NCBI GenBank assembly: GCA_032128115.1
Contig: JAQBHB010000041.1
Location: 96,001-160,000, forward strand
Source of the DNA: Deltaproteobacteria bacterium
GTDB taxonomy: Bacteria > Myxococcota_A > UBA9160 > SMWR01
Direction of reading: 5' to 3'
DNA: 64,000 bases
Notes under the pieces: generated by a model
The model's input: the letters and a program-made list of their open reading frames with translations, nothing else
Told to the model about the DNA's origin: nothing
Database searches by the model: none
Program-made: the position numbers and the translations under genes
In this document: in pieces, positions 40,678 through 50,622 of the stretch
How the letters are laid out: each line of letters starts with the position of its first letter
Position numbering within the stretch: the first letter of the stretch is position 1

Positions 40678-41046
40678 TCAGGTGGCATCTTCCCGGGAGC
40701 GACGAATCCGCACGCCCGCGTGGGTCAGCACCCCGGCGATGGGGCTGGGCTTTCGCACGCTCACCACCACCGCGTCGGCGTCGAACTTCGACAGCACCGA
40801 CTGGGCGATGCGGCTTGCGAGCGCCTCCACCAGGTTGTGCTCCTGGTTGGCGGCCACGTCCGAAACCACCTCGAAGACCCGCTTGTAGTGGATCGTATGG
40901 CGAATCGAGTCGCTGCGTCCGGCCGTGCGAAGGTCGCGCTCGATCTCGAGGTCGAGAACCACCGGGCGGCGCATGCGGCGCTCGGCAGCGGTCACCCCCA
41001 GCGCCGCCGGCACCTGGATGCCCTCCAGCAGGATCACGTCCGCCAC
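40678..41046 (-). CDS. folB: Dihydroneopterin aldolase
   Basis: GV..AER...V.LDL, TIHY, LVEALA..IA and V.VRKP. This is the C-terminal part of the 40678..42078 track ORF. Confidence 0.85.
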   Translation of the reverse strand: MADVILLEGIQVPAALGVTAAERRMRRPVVLDLEIERDLRTAGRSDSIRHTIHYKRVFEVVSDVAANQEHNLVEALASRIAQSVLSKFDADAVVVSVRKPSPIAGVLTHAGVRIRRSREDAT

Positions 41047-41112
41047 GGCATCAAGGTATCCCAATCCCCTAGCCAGCGCGCAGCGGCGGCGGCGTGCTAC
41101 AGAGAGAGGACC

Positions 41113-42294
41113 ATGAGCCTGGACGACGCGCGGCGCCGCGAGGCCGCCAACTTCCTGCCCGTCGTAGACCGCCAGCCCATCGTGCTGGTGGAAGGCGCGG
41201 GATCCCGCCTGCGCGACGAGGCGGGCCGCGAGCTGGTGGACCTGACGGCGGGCTGGGGCGTTACCTGCATCGGTCACTGCCACCCAGCCCTGGTGGAGGC
41301 CATCTCTCAGCAGGCAGCCCGCCTGATGCAGACCACCAACCTCTTCTACACCCTGCCCCAACTCGATCTGATCGAGCGCCTGGCGGCCGTGACTCCCAAA
41401 GCCCTGACCCGCAGTTTCCTGGTCAACTCGGGAACCGAGGCCGTGGAAGGCGCACTCAAGCTGGCCCACAGGGCCACCGGACGCGCCCAGTTCGTTTCGA
41501 CGGAGAATTCGTTCCACGGCCGCACGCTGGGCGCCCTGCGCGTGAGCGGGCAGGCAAAGCACAGGGAACCCTACGAGAAGCTCCTGCTCGACTCGAGGCT
41601 CGTTCCCTTCGACGATCTGGAGGCGGCACGACGGGCCATCGACGAGACCTGCGCCGCCTTCATCGTCGAGCCGGTCCAGGGCGAAGGGGGAGTCAACGTT
41701 CCCCGGGACGGCTACCTGACCGGGCTGCGCGAGATCTGCGACGCGGCCGGGAGCCTGCTCATCTGCGACGAGATCCAGACGGGGCTCGGGCGCACCGGAA
41801 GCATGCTGGCCGTCGAGCGCGACGGTGTGGTGCCGGACGTGGTGACGCTGGGCAAGGGCCTGGGGGGGGGATTCCCGGTGGCGGCATTTCTCACCACCGA
41901 CCGCGTCGCCGAAAGCGTGCGCCTGGGCGACCACGGCACGACCTTCGGCGGCAATCCCCTGGCGGCGGCCGCCGCCAACGCGGTGCTGCGCGTGCTGGTG
42001 GAAGAAAAGCTTCCCGAACGGGCCGCGAGCCTGGGGGATCGGCTCCAGAATCGGCTGCGGTCCTTCGCGGATGCCCACGAAGATCGAGCCGAGGCCGTGC
42101 GCGGCCGGGGTCTGCTGGTGGGTCTGGTGCTGCGCGACCCGAAGCGCGCCGCGACGCTTCCCGGACGCGCGCTCGAGCGTGGCGTCCTGGTCAACGTGAC
42201 AGCCTCCCGGGTGGTGCGTTTCTTCCCGGCGCTCAACATTCCGGAAGACGATCTGTGGCCCGCGGTGGAAACCGTGCTCGAGCTCATCGACTGA
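41113..42294 (+). CDS. argD: Acetylornithine aminotransferase (class III PLP)
   Basis: NSGTEA, FHGRT, EPVQGEGG, DEIQTG.GRTG, GKGLGGG and HGTTFGGNP. SD GAGGA upstream. Confidence 0.85.
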   Translation: MSLDDARRREAANFLPVVDRQPIVLVEGAGSRLRDEAGRELVDLTAGWGVTCIGHCHPALVEAISQQAARLMQTTNLFYTLPQLDLIERLAAVTPKALTRSFLVNSGTEAVEGALKLAHRATGRAQFVSTENSFHGRTLGALRVSGQAKHREPYEKLLLDSRLVPFDDLEAARRAIDETCAAFIVEPVQGEGGVNVPRDGYLTGLREICDAAGSLLICDEIQTGLGRTGSMLAVERDGVVPDVVTLGKGLGGGFPVAAFLTTDRVAESVRLGDHGTTFGGNPLAAAAANAVLRVLVEEKLPERAASLGDRLQNRLRSFADAHEDRAEAVRGRGLLVGLVLRDPKRAATLPGRALERGVLVNVTASRVVRFFPALNIPEDDLWPAVETVLELID

Positions 42295-42314
42295 ACGGCT
42301 GCCGCGGCCCCCGC

Positions 42315-42674
42315 TCAGGTCTTCATCACGTTCACTTCGAAGCCGAGACCCTCTGCGGCGGCGAAGTTCCCCATGGCCGTCAGCATGGCCTGCTCAGTCG
42401 CGCCGGGCGTCGTGGCGCAGTCCAGGGCAACGCGCACCGGCTTGCCCTCGTACTGCGGGTACTGCTTCACCATGTGTCCGTCCAGTATGTAGGACAGATA
42501 GCTGTTGAACTTGGCTTCCAGCTGGCGCAGCTGCTCAGGCGCGCTGCCCCAGGCGCGCTCCTCCAGGATCAGCAGCACCACCTCGTCGCGCTCGGCGTCC
42601 ATGCGCACCAGATCCACGACCTGCGGGTTGTGTACGCCGCGCGCCTCGGGCCCGCCCTGGTCGGCTCCGCTCAC
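42315..42674 (-). CDS. DUF6572-like hypothetical protein
   Basis: VVDL....W......L..K.N.YL.YI.DG......P pattern. Confidence 0.65.
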   Translation of the reverse strand: MSGADQGGPEARGVHNPQVVDLVRMDAERDEVVLLILEERAWGSAPEQLRQLEAKFNSYLSYILDGHMVKQYPQYEGKPVRVALDCATTPGATEQAMLTAMGNFAAAEGLGFEVNVMKT

Positions 42675-43432
42675 CCGCCGTACATCCCGCCGTTCACGTG
42701 GATCACCGTGCCGTTCACGTAGGAGGCGCGCCGCGCCAGGAAGGCCACCACGTCGGCAACCTCTTCGGGCTTTCCCATGCGCTGCTGGGGGATGCGCGCC
42801 AGGATCGAGTCGCGGATCTCCTCCGGCAGTGCAGTCGTCATGTCGGTTTCGATGAAGCCGGGCGCCACCGAGTTCACCAGGATGTCGCGGCCAGCCAGCT
42901 CCTGGGCCAGGGACTTGGTGAAGGCGTCCAGGCCCGCCTTCACCATTGTGTAGGGGATCTGCCCGGCATTGCCGCTGTGGCCCACGACACTCGTGATGTT
43001 GATGATGCGGCCAAACTTCCGGCGAAGCATGAAGCGCCGCAGGATCCCCTTGGTGAGATACCAGGTACCGCGGGCCATGGCGGCCACCGCATCGTATTCT
43101 TCCACCTTGCTGGAGAGCAGGGGGGCGTTCACGTTGTAGCCGGCGTTGTTGACCAGCACGTCCACGCGCCGGGTCTTCTCGCGCAGCGCCGTCACCAGCT
43201 CGTCGATGGCTTCGATCGAAGCCAGGTCGCCGCGAATCGCGAAGGCGTCCGGGAGTTCGGCCACGAGCTTGAGGGCCGCTTCCTCGCTTCGGCGATAATG
43301 CACCCCCACGCGGAATCCCTCGGCGGCGAGGGCCCGGCAGCAGGCCGCCCCGATTCCGGTGCCGGCGCCCGTGACCAGCGCGACCGGCACGTCCGCTGCG
43401 CCCGGATCTTCGCTCGTCTGTTCTTCACCCAT
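42671..43432 (-). CDS. fabG: SDR oxidoreductase, 3-oxoacyl-ACP reductase-like
   Basis: TGAGTGIG, NNAG, GNAGQ..YTMVK and VAPGFIETDMT. Confidence 0.75.
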   Translation of the reverse strand: MGEEQTSEDPGAADVPVALVTGAGTGIGAACCRALAAEGFRVGVHYRRSEEAALKLVAELPDAFAIRGDLASIEAIDELVTALREKTRRVDVLVNNAGYNVNAPLLSSKVEEYDAVAAMARGTWYLTKGILRRFMLRRKFGRIINITSVVGHSGNAGQIPYTMVKAGLDAFTKSLAQELAGRDILVNSVAPGFIETDMTTALPEEIRDSILARIPQQRMGKPEEVADVVAFLARRASYVNGTVIHVNGGMYGG

Positions 43433-43454
43433 GCCGCGAGCGTAGTTCAGCGGG

Positions 43455-46247
43455 CTACGGAGTGGGAAGGCCCAGCTCGGCCAGCACGGCCGCCAGATCG
43501 CCGCGCTCGGCCACCACCACGTCGTTCGATTCGGGTAGGGCCTCGCCCAGGCGCTTGAAATAGCGCCGGTCGGTTCGGCCCTCGACGATCACCACGATTC
43601 CCCGGTCCTCCTCGGTGCGAATCAGGCGGCCGGTCATCTGCTTCAGGTTGAGCAGCATCTTGCCGAGAGTGCTGCGATCGAAGGGATCGTCTCCAGCCGC
43701 GCGGAGGCGCGACTCACGCCGTCGACGCAGCTCCGTGGGAACCTCGAATGGGAGCTTCTCGATCACCACCGCCTGCAAGGCGTCGCCGGGAATGTCGAGT
43801 CCCTGCCAGAAGGTGCGCGCGCCCAGCAGCACACTACCCCCGGCGACCCGGCTGAAGCGCTCTACCAGGGCCATGGGATCGTCGCTCGCGCGCCGGGGCG
43901 AGAGCACGTCGTAGCCCTCGCCGCGCAGCGATTCGTGCAGCAGGTCGGCCACGTCGCGCATGCGTCGCAAGCTGGTAAAAAGGCCCAGGGTGCGACCGCC
44001 CAGGAGTCGGGTCAGGTCCGCCAGCACCGCAGCCGTCTCCTCCACCAGATCACGTCGGGGATTCAGGGCCACTACGCGCATGTGCTCGGCGTAGGGAAAC
44101 GGGCTCTCCACGCTCACGCGCCGGGTCTGCTGGCCAGCCTCGATCTCGAGCTCACCCATGGCCGCGAATGGATCGCCGGCCACGAACAAGCTGGCCGACA
44201 CACAGGCGAAGGCCTCGAGTCTCTGCAGGAAGCCCTCGTGGAAGGCGATGGCTGGCGACACGGATCGCACCACCAGGCGCCAGCGGTCGAACGGCGGGTC
44301 CAGGCGCTCGAACGCCGCCACTGCATCTTCTCCGTCGTTGGCGAAGGCACCCCGCAGCGCCTGGGCCGCCGCGCGAAGTTCGGCAAGCGTGCGCTCCACG
44401 GCTTCGGCCCGGGCGTCCTGTTCGTCGTCCCCAGTCACGGGCTCGGCGGCGTCGGCCATGTCGGTAAGGCGTTGCGCCGTCGTCGCGGCCAGCTCCGCCG
44501 CTTCCGGAAACCTGGAGGCCGCGAACGCCGGCAGCTGCACCTCGCCGTACTCGCTGGCATGCTCGCTCAAGCTCCTGCCGAGGGCGATCAGGTCCTGCTG
44601 CACCCCGCGACGCCAGGCGAGCGCGTCCTTCTTGACGCGGCTCCGCTGCCCCAGGGCCAGCAGGGCATCGCCACCGGGACCGTCGGCGGGTCGGCCGAAC
44701 AGATCGTCGACACGCTCGAGCACCGATTCGGGTCGCACCTCCACGGCGTAGACCTCGTCGGCGACCCCGGCCAGCTCGTGGGCTTCGTCGGCTACCGCGA
44801 CCCGGAACTGGGGATAGTCCAGCGGCCAGCGCAGGACCAGATCGTGATTCGCCACCACCAGGTGGGCCTCTGCGAGTTCCGCGCGCCGGCGTCCCAGGGG
44901 GCAGCTTCGCTCGGAGGCACACTGCTCGCGCGTGCACAGCTCGGCGCGCGCAGCCACCGAGCGCCGCAGCAGATCGCGCAGCGGCGGAAATCGCCACAGC
45001 AACGCTCCAGGCACGCTGCCCAGTTCGCCGTGGCGGCGGGTTCGCGCGCACGCCGACAGCGCCGCGTAGGCCAGGCGATCCTCGGCGAAGATGCGCGGCT
45101 CGCGCCCCTCGGCCAGTACAAAGGACAGGCGCCGCGAACACGCGTAGTTGGCGCGCCCCTTGATCGACATGGCCAACAGGCCCGGGTAGCCGAACATGGC
45201 GGCCGCGGCCGGAATGTCCTTCAACAACAGCTGGTCCTGCAGCAGCTTCGTCCGCGTCGAGATCACGACCGGGTCGCGATCTCCTCCGGCGGCACGCTCC
45301 ATGGCGAAGGGAATCGCCGCGGCCAGGTAGGCCAGCGACTTGCCCACCCCGGTTCCACCCTCGAGCAACAGGCGCCCGCCCTCGGAGAAGGTGTGAACGA
45401 ATTCCCGGGCCATCCGGATCTGCTGCTCGCGCACCCGGTAGCCCGGAAAATGGCGCCGGCCCCGCTCCTCATCGGAGAGGGCTGCGGCAATGGCATCCGC
45501 GTCGAAAGCCACGGGGGTCTCGCCGCCGGGCGGGATCGGGACAAAGCCACGCGTTGGCTCGTGAGGCGGCGGAAGCGAGCCGAGGGCCTGGCCGCCAAGC
45601 AACGCGAGCCAGGGGGAGTCGGGCGCGTAGTTCTCGAGCGCATCCTGCGCCACCCGATAGCGACTCTCCCCGCGCCGCGCCCCGCACGCGGCGCTGGAAA
45701 GCACGCGCAGGGTGTCGAGTGCATCGGAAAGAGCCCGGTGGCTCTCGTCACGCGCGAGCAGGGTGCGCGTAAAGGTGTCGAGCCGCAGGTCCGGAGCATC
45801 GGGGTGGGCAATGGCCAGAAAATCCTGGGTGTCCAGGTAGTGGGCTTTCTCCAGCCGGGGCGATACGAAACGCGCAAGGAAGCGACGCTCGAATTCGGCG
45901 TTGTGGGCGATCAGCAGCCGCTCCCCCAGGGCCCGATCGATCTGATCGACGAGCTCGGAGATCTCCGGTGCGCCTGCCACATCCTCGTCGGCGAGGCCCG
46001 TGAGCTTCTGCACGGCCTTCGGGATCGGTACGCCGGGACGCACCAGGCTCGCAAGGGTGCTGATCGTGGCGGCGTCCGGGTCCACCAGTACGATACCGAT
46101 CTCAAGGATCTCGGAGCCCGGGTCGCCCCAGAGACCGGTGGTCTCCAGGTCGACCACGGCGAACGGCCCGATTGCGCGGGCGAAACCCGCGAGTGCCTGG
46201 AGGTCGATCTTCAGGTCCGCGGGATCCCGGTCGGCGCATGCGAGCAT
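43455..46247 (-). CDS. dinG: DinG-family Fe-S helicase fused to an N-terminal DEDDh exonuclease
   Basis: DLETTG, AHNA and HRALSDA; R.QQ, GTGVGKS, Cys cluster, DEAH, FWQGLD and Q..GRLIR. Confidence 0.9.
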   Translation of the reverse strand: MLACADRDPADLKIDLQALAGFARAIGPFAVVDLETTGLWGDPGSEILEIGIVLVDPDAATISTLASLVRPGVPIPKAVQKLTGLADEDVAGAPEISELVDQIDRALGERLLIAHNAEFERRFLARFVSPRLEKAHYLDTQDFLAIAHPDAPDLRLDTFTRTLLARDESHRALSDALDTLRVLSSAACGARRGESRYRVAQDALENYAPDSPWLALLGGQALGSLPPPHEPTRGFVPIPPGGETPVAFDADAIAAALSDEERGRRHFPGYRVREQQIRMAREFVHTFSEGGRLLLEGGTGVGKSLAYLAAAIPFAMERAAGGDRDPVVISTRTKLLQDQLLLKDIPAAAAMFGYPGLLAMSIKGRANYACSRRLSFVLAEGREPRIFAEDRLAYAALSACARTRRHGELGSVPGALLWRFPPLRDLLRRSVAARAELCTREQCASERSCPLGRRRAELAEAHLVVANHDLVLRWPLDYPQFRVAVADEAHELAGVADEVYAVEVRPESVLERVDDLFGRPADGPGGDALLALGQRSRVKKDALAWRRGVQQDLIALGRSLSEHASEYGEVQLPAFAASRFPEAAELAATTAQRLTDMADAAEPVTGDDEQDARAEAVERTLAELRAAAQALRGAFANDGEDAVAAFERLDPPFDRWRLVVRSVSPAIAFHEGFLQRLEAFACVSASLFVAGDPFAAMGELEIEAGQQTRRVSVESPFPYAEHMRVVALNPRRDLVEETAAVLADLTRLLGGRTLGLFTSLRRMRDVADLLHESLRGEGYDVLSPRRASDDPMALVERFSRVAGGSVLLGARTFWQGLDIPGDALQAVVIEKLPFEVPTELRRRRESRLRAAGDDPFDRSTLGKMLLNLKQMTGRLIRTEEDRGIVVIVEGRTDRRYFKRLGEALPESNDVVVAERGDLAAVLAELGLPTP

Positions 46248-46260
46248 GGCGGGCTCGGCG

Positions 46261-47919
46261 TTAGACGTAGATCCCGCCCTTGAACTCCCGGTCCTGGCGA
46301 ATGATCACGTTCACCAGCGCGGGCTTGCCGGAGGCGCCCGCGCGCTCGAGCGCGGGGCGCAGCTCCTCGGGGCGCTCCACGAACTCCCCGTGCCCGCCAA
46401 GGGCCTCCACCACCTTGTCGTAGCGGGTGTAGTTGAGCAGGGTTCCCGCCAATCGGTCCTGGCCCAGCATCGATCCCTGGGGTCGCATCATCTGGCCCCA
46501 GGCCGCGTCGTTGCCCACCACTCCCACGATCGGGAGCCCGAAGCGGACGGCGGTGTCGTACTCGAAGCCGTTCAAGCCGAACGACCCGTCGCCGTACACG
46601 ATCACCACCCGGCGACCCGGGTTCGCGATCTGGGCCGCCAGAGCGAAGGGCATGCCGACACCAAGGGTTCCCAGCGGGCCCGGGTCCATCCAGGCGCCCT
46701 CTCCCTTCACGGGAATGATCTTGGCCGCGGTGGCCACGATATCGCCGCCGTCGCCGATCACGATGGGGTCGCCCAGGGTGTCGAGCCAGTCGCGGACCTC
46801 GCGACACATGCGCTGGGGGTCGACGGGCACCTCATCGCTGTTGAGCGCCGCCTGTACCTTGGCTTCCGCCGCATCCTCGATGGTTCGAAGTTCGTCGCGC
46901 CACGCGCTGAAGTCGAGCCTTGCGCCCTGGTTCTTCATTTCCTCCACCAGCAGGTCGAAGGAGCACGCCAGGTTGCCCACAAGCGGCACGTCGGTGGATC
47001 GGTTCTGGCCGATCAGTGTGGCGTCCATGTCGAGCTGGATCACCTTGGCGTCGGCGGGGATGGTCTGGCCGAAGCGCATGCGGAAATCCAGCAGGGTGCC
47101 CGCCAGCACGATGCAGTCGATCTTCTGGAGCGCGTCGCGCCGCGATCGGTTCAGGAACTCGGGGCTGTCGGGAGCAACCGTTCCGCGTCCCATTCCGTTG
47201 GTGTAGGTGGGGATGTGGGTCTCGCTGATGAAGCGGCCCATCTCGGCGCTGGCGCGGGACCATTTGACGCTGGTTCCCGCCATCAGCATGGGGCGCTGCG
47301 ACGCGGCCAGGATCTCGATGGCCTGGCGCACCTGGTCGCGGTCCGGTGACAGGCGCGGCGACTCGGTGCGAATCCTGGGAATCGGCGCCTTCTCCCATTC
47401 ACACCTGCCCATGAACACGTCCATGGGAATCTCGAGAAACGCGGGGCCCGGGATGCCCGAAACCGCGTGACGAATCGCCAGCTCGATGTATTCGGGGATG
47501 CGATGAGTCTGGTAGACCGCATCGGCGTACTTGGTGATGGGACGCATCACGCCGATGTGATCCATCTCCTGAAGCGAACCGCGGCGCAGATTTTCGAAGG
47601 GACCCTGCCCCCCGATCACCAGGATCGGGGAGTTGGCTCGCCATGCGTTGGCCACACCCGTGACACCGTCGGTGACCCCGGGGCCCGCGGTGATGGCCGC
47701 CACACCGATACTGCCCGGTCGGCAGCGCGCCCAGGCGTCGGCCGCATGGACGGCCGCCTGTTCGTGGCGCACATCGACGATCTGGATGCCTTCGTCGATG
47801 CACCCGTCGTAGAGCGGCATGATGTGGCCGCCCGAGAGCGTGAAGATGCATTCGACGCCGGCCTGCTTGAGCGCTCGGGCCGCGAGCTTCCCGCCGTGAG
47901 CGGGGGAGGATTCAGACAT
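46261..47919 (-). CDS. TPP-binding protein, acetolactate synthase-like / 2-hydroxyacyl-CoA lyase family
   Basis: FTLSGGH, RHEQAA, TAGPG, GSLQE, DPGPLGTLGVG and GDGSFG..GND. No ilvN nearby. Confidence 0.85.
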   Translation of the reverse strand: MSESSPAHGGKLAARALKQAGVECIFTLSGGHIMPLYDGCIDEGIQIVDVRHEQAAVHAADAWARCRPGSIGVAAITAGPGVTDGVTGVANAWRANSPILVIGGQGPFENLRRGSLQEMDHIGVMRPITKYADAVYQTHRIPEYIELAIRHAVSGIPGPAFLEIPMDVFMGRCEWEKAPIPRIRTESPRLSPDRDQVRQAIEILAASQRPMLMAGTSVKWSRASAEMGRFISETHIPTYTNGMGRGTVAPDSPEFLNRSRRDALQKIDCIVLAGTLLDFRMRFGQTIPADAKVIQLDMDATLIGQNRSTDVPLVGNLACSFDLLVEEMKNQGARLDFSAWRDELRTIEDAAEAKVQAALNSDEVPVDPQRMCREVRDWLDTLGDPIVIGDGGDIVATAAKIIPVKGEGAWMDPGPLGTLGVGMPFALAAQIANPGRRVVIVYGDGSFGLNGFEYDTAVRFGLPIVGVVGNDAAWGQMMRPQGSMLGQDRLAGTLLNYTRYDKVVEALGGHGEFVERPEELRPALERAGASGKPALVNVIIRQDREFKGGIYV

Positions 47920-48004
47920 TTCGCCACCTCGGTGCGCTGGAGAGTGCACCGACGGTATCACCGGCTCCGAGGCCGGGTCAAATTCCAGGCGCCAGCGGGG
48001 CTGG

Positions 48005-48508
48005 CTACTTGGAAGCGGTGAAGTCGGCTCGTCGGTTGTAGCGCCAGGCCGACTCGTCGTGCCCCATCACGGCGGGTTTCGCTTCGCCGAAGCTCACCAC
48101 CCGGACCCTGTTGGAGGGCACGCCCAGGTCGGCCAGATACTGCTTGACCGCGTTGGCTCGGCGCTCGCCCAGGGCCAGGTTGTACTCCTCGCTCCCGCGC
48201 TCGTCGCAGTTGCCCGCAATCGTGACGGTTCCCCACTTCTTGTTGCCATTGATGGCCGTGGCATTGGCCCGGAGCACCGTGCGAGCGTCCGACCGGATCG
48301 TGTAGCGGTCGAAATCGAAATAGATGGTCCGGAGTTCACCGTCGTGGATGATCTCATCCGACCTGTCGGTGACGACCTTGTCTTCACGGAACTCGCTATC
48401 GGTACCGCCCGACCGGGTCGACGGCTCGTCCGTCTTGCATCCCGCGACGCCAAGCATCATCACAGCAGTGGCCGCCGTCGCCCATCGCCCAACGGATCGA
48501 AGCTGCAC
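48005..48508 (-). CDS. pal: Peptidoglycan-associated lipoprotein
   Basis: Lipobox VAGC; IYFDFD, CDERG..EYN.ALGERRA, SFGE.KP and NRR. SD AAGGAG upstream. Confidence 0.93.
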   Translation of the reverse strand: MQLRSVGRWATAATAVMMLGVAGCKTDEPSTRSGGTDSEFREDKVVTDRSDEIIHDGELRTIYFDFDRYTIRSDARTVLRANATAINGNKKWGTVTIAGNCDERGSEEYNLALGERRANAVKQYLADLGVPSNRVRVVSFGEAKPAVMGHDESAWRYNRRADFTASK

Positions 48509-48671
48509 GTGTCGCTCCTTCTACAATCCCGACCGCGGCGGCCGGGGAAAGTTTTTTCGTTCAAAACAGGCAGAGAACCACGGGCCAGACTCAGCTCGAA
48601 CAATCCAACTCACGCCAACTCCAAGCCAACTCGCGCACACCCGGCAGATCCCCCGCCTCAGTAGCGCGGCT

Positions 48672-48700
48672 ATTGTGTGCGGTCGCGGTCGCTCCCGCAA
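48672..48700 (-). promoter_or_regulatory. Putative sigma70 promoter of pal
   Basis: Minus strand TTGCGG-N17-CACAAT. Confidence 0.5.
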
Positions 48701-48773
48701 GCCACCCTTGTACGGTTTGGGGATTTGAGATCGAAGGGAGCCGAGCACATCCCGGTATGCTGCGGGGCTTCCC

Positions 48774-49862
48774 CTACGCCAGGCCCTGGTGGATCAGCAA
48801 CTCGGCCACCAGCAGTGCGCCCTTGGCCGCCCCCATCTTCGTATTGTGCGACAGGACCACGAAACGCAGCCCGTTGGGAAGCACCGTGTCCGGGCGCAGG
48901 CGGCCCACCACCGTGGTCATGCCATCGTGCAGGCGCCGGTCGATGCGGGGCTGCGGCCGGAAGGGATCGTCGGTCACGTGGATGAGCTCCGGCGGGCTCG
49001 AGGGCAACCCCAGGTCCGTGAATTCGCGGCCGAACGCGCGCATCGCAGCGGCCACCTCGGCCAGGTCCGCCGCACGGCCGAGTCCGGCCGTCACGCTCTC
49101 GGTATGACCGTCGCGGACGTTGACGCGCATGCAGGTGGCCGAGACGGGGATCGCAAGCGGCTCGATCCGATCTCCCTCGAGACGGCCGAGGATCTTCGCG
49201 GTCTCCCGCTGCACCTTCTCTTCTTCCTTCGGAATGAAGGGAATCACGTTGTCCAGGACATCGAGCGCCGCAACGGCCGGGCTGCGCCCCGCCCCGGACA
49301 GGGCCTGCAGGGAGGTCATTACCACTGACGTAAGGCCGAAGTTTCGCGCCAGGGGCGCGAGCGCGATGGCCAGACCCGTCGTGGTGCAGTTGGGGATGGG
49401 GGCCACGAAGCCCTTCCAGCCGCGTTCGCGTTGCTGGCGCTTGACCAGCACCGCATGCTCGACGTTGACTCCCGGGATCAGGATCGGGGCGTCGTCCTCG
49501 TAGCGAAAGGCGGACGACGTGGAGACCACGGGCACCTGCTCGGCGAAACGCTCCTCGAGCGCTCGCGCCGCATCGCTCTCCACGGCGGAGAAGACCAGGT
49601 CCACCTGGCTCGGATCGAGATTCCGGGCGTCGATCACCTGCCGCTCGGCGAACTCGGGCGACAGGGGCTCTTCACAGCCCCAGTGCACGTGTCCCGCCTC
49701 GTCGCTGATGGCGTCGCGGTAGGTCTTGCCGGCGCTGCGTTCGCTGGCTGCGAGCACCACCACCTGGAACCAGGGGTGCCCCTTCAGCGAGGCGAGGAAC
49801 TGCTGGCCGGCCACCCCGGTGGCGCCCACTACAGCGACGCGTCGACTGGTTTCGCTGGCCAT
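48774..49862 (-). CDS. asd: Aspartate-semialdehyde dehydrogenase (archaeal/eukaryotic type)
   Basis: GATGVAGQ, HPWF, SERSAGK.Y, PNCTT, QALSGAG, EEEKV and SHNT..GAA. Confidence 0.93.
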   Translation of the reverse strand: MASETSRRVAVVGATGVAGQQFLASLKGHPWFQVVVLAASERSAGKTYRDAISDEAGHVHWGCEEPLSPEFAERQVIDARNLDPSQVDLVFSAVESDAARALEERFAEQVPVVSTSSAFRYEDDAPILIPGVNVEHAVLVKRQQRERGWKGFVAPIPNCTTTGLAIALAPLARNFGLTSVVMTSLQALSGAGRSPAVAALDVLDNVIPFIPKEEEKVQRETAKILGRLEGDRIEPLAIPVSATCMRVNVRDGHTESVTAGLGRAADLAEVAAAMRAFGREFTDLGLPSSPPELIHVTDDPFRPQPRIDRRLHDGMTTVVGRLRPDTVLPNGLRFVVLSHNTKMGAAKGALLVAELLIHQGLA

Positions 49863-49897
49863 GGAATCCGTCCGGACCGAAATCGGGAGGGCGGATG

Positions 49898-50323
49898 TTA
49901 GGTCAGCAACTCGAGATTCGCAGCCGTCAGGCTCTCGAGATCGGGGAACCAACGCGTGGGCAGCCCGTCGGAAGCGATGCTCTTGATGGAGCCGGTGGCC
50001 CGCTCGGGACCCAGGTGCTCGACCAGGGCCCGGGCCACACTGAGGGCGCCCTCGATCGGGTCGGAGTCGAAGCGACAGAGCCGCACGGGGGGACCGATAT
50101 CCACGACCAGGTCGAACACGATGGTCCGCACGCCCTGGGGCTCGCCCACTTCCGCCGCCAGCCCCAGGTGGATGCGGTTCCATTCCAGGACCCGCTCCTC
50201 GCCCCCATCGCGGTAGACCACCCCCCGCTCACCAGGCGCGGCCTGGGCCAGAAGGTCGACGCGGCAGCTCGAATCGGACAAACGCCCCCGGATCGGCACC
50301 CCGCGGGCTGCGCTTGAGAGCAC
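49898..50323 (-). CDS. Hypothetical protein
   Basis: Fills the gap between asd and the next divergent gene; globular composition (VGEPQGVRTIVFDL). Confidence 0.6.
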   Translation of the reverse strand: MLSSAARGVPIRGRLSDSSCRVDLLAQAAPGERGVVYRDGGEERVLEWNRIHLGLAAEVGEPQGVRTIVFDLVVDIGPPVRLCRFDSDPIEGALSVARALVEHLGPERATGSIKSIASDGLPTRWFPDLESLTAANLELLT

Positions 50324-50348
50324 CCGATTCGATACCCTCGGTCCCGCG

Positions 50349-50621
50349 ATGGAGAATGAGATCTCCCAGACCCCCTATCAGGTCGACTGCCCGCGCTGTC
50401 GGGTCAGCTTCCCGATCGGGACGAAGAGTTGCATCCACTGCGGAGAGCGGATCCTGCGGCAGCGGGGAACCCAGGCCCTGATCGTCACGTCGCCATTCGA
50501 GGCCGGCCCGGACCTGCCCGAAGACGAGATCGCGCAGCGCAAGCGCTTCATCTCTCCCATGACGCTGGTCTGGATCGCCGCAGCCGTGTGGGTGGGCATC
50601 CAGCGCAGCTGCAGCGGCTGA
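50349..50621 (+). CDS. Small zinc-ribbon membrane protein
   Basis: CPRC...CIHC and a C-terminal TM helix. Confidence 0.7.
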   Translation: MENEISQTPYQVDCPRCRVSFPIGTKSCIHCGERILRQRGTQALIVTSPFEAGPDLPEDEIAQRKRFISPMTLVWIAAAVWVGIQRSCSG

Positions 50622-50622
50622 G

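Noticed and set aside
41862..41870. G9 tract as a phase-variation site
   Set aside because: It encodes the conserved LGGG motif of class III aminotransferases and the frame is intact.
43455..46247. DinG as part of a type IV CRISPR or defence system
   Set aside because: No cas genes or array nearby. The exonuclease-DinG fusion is a common housekeeping architecture.
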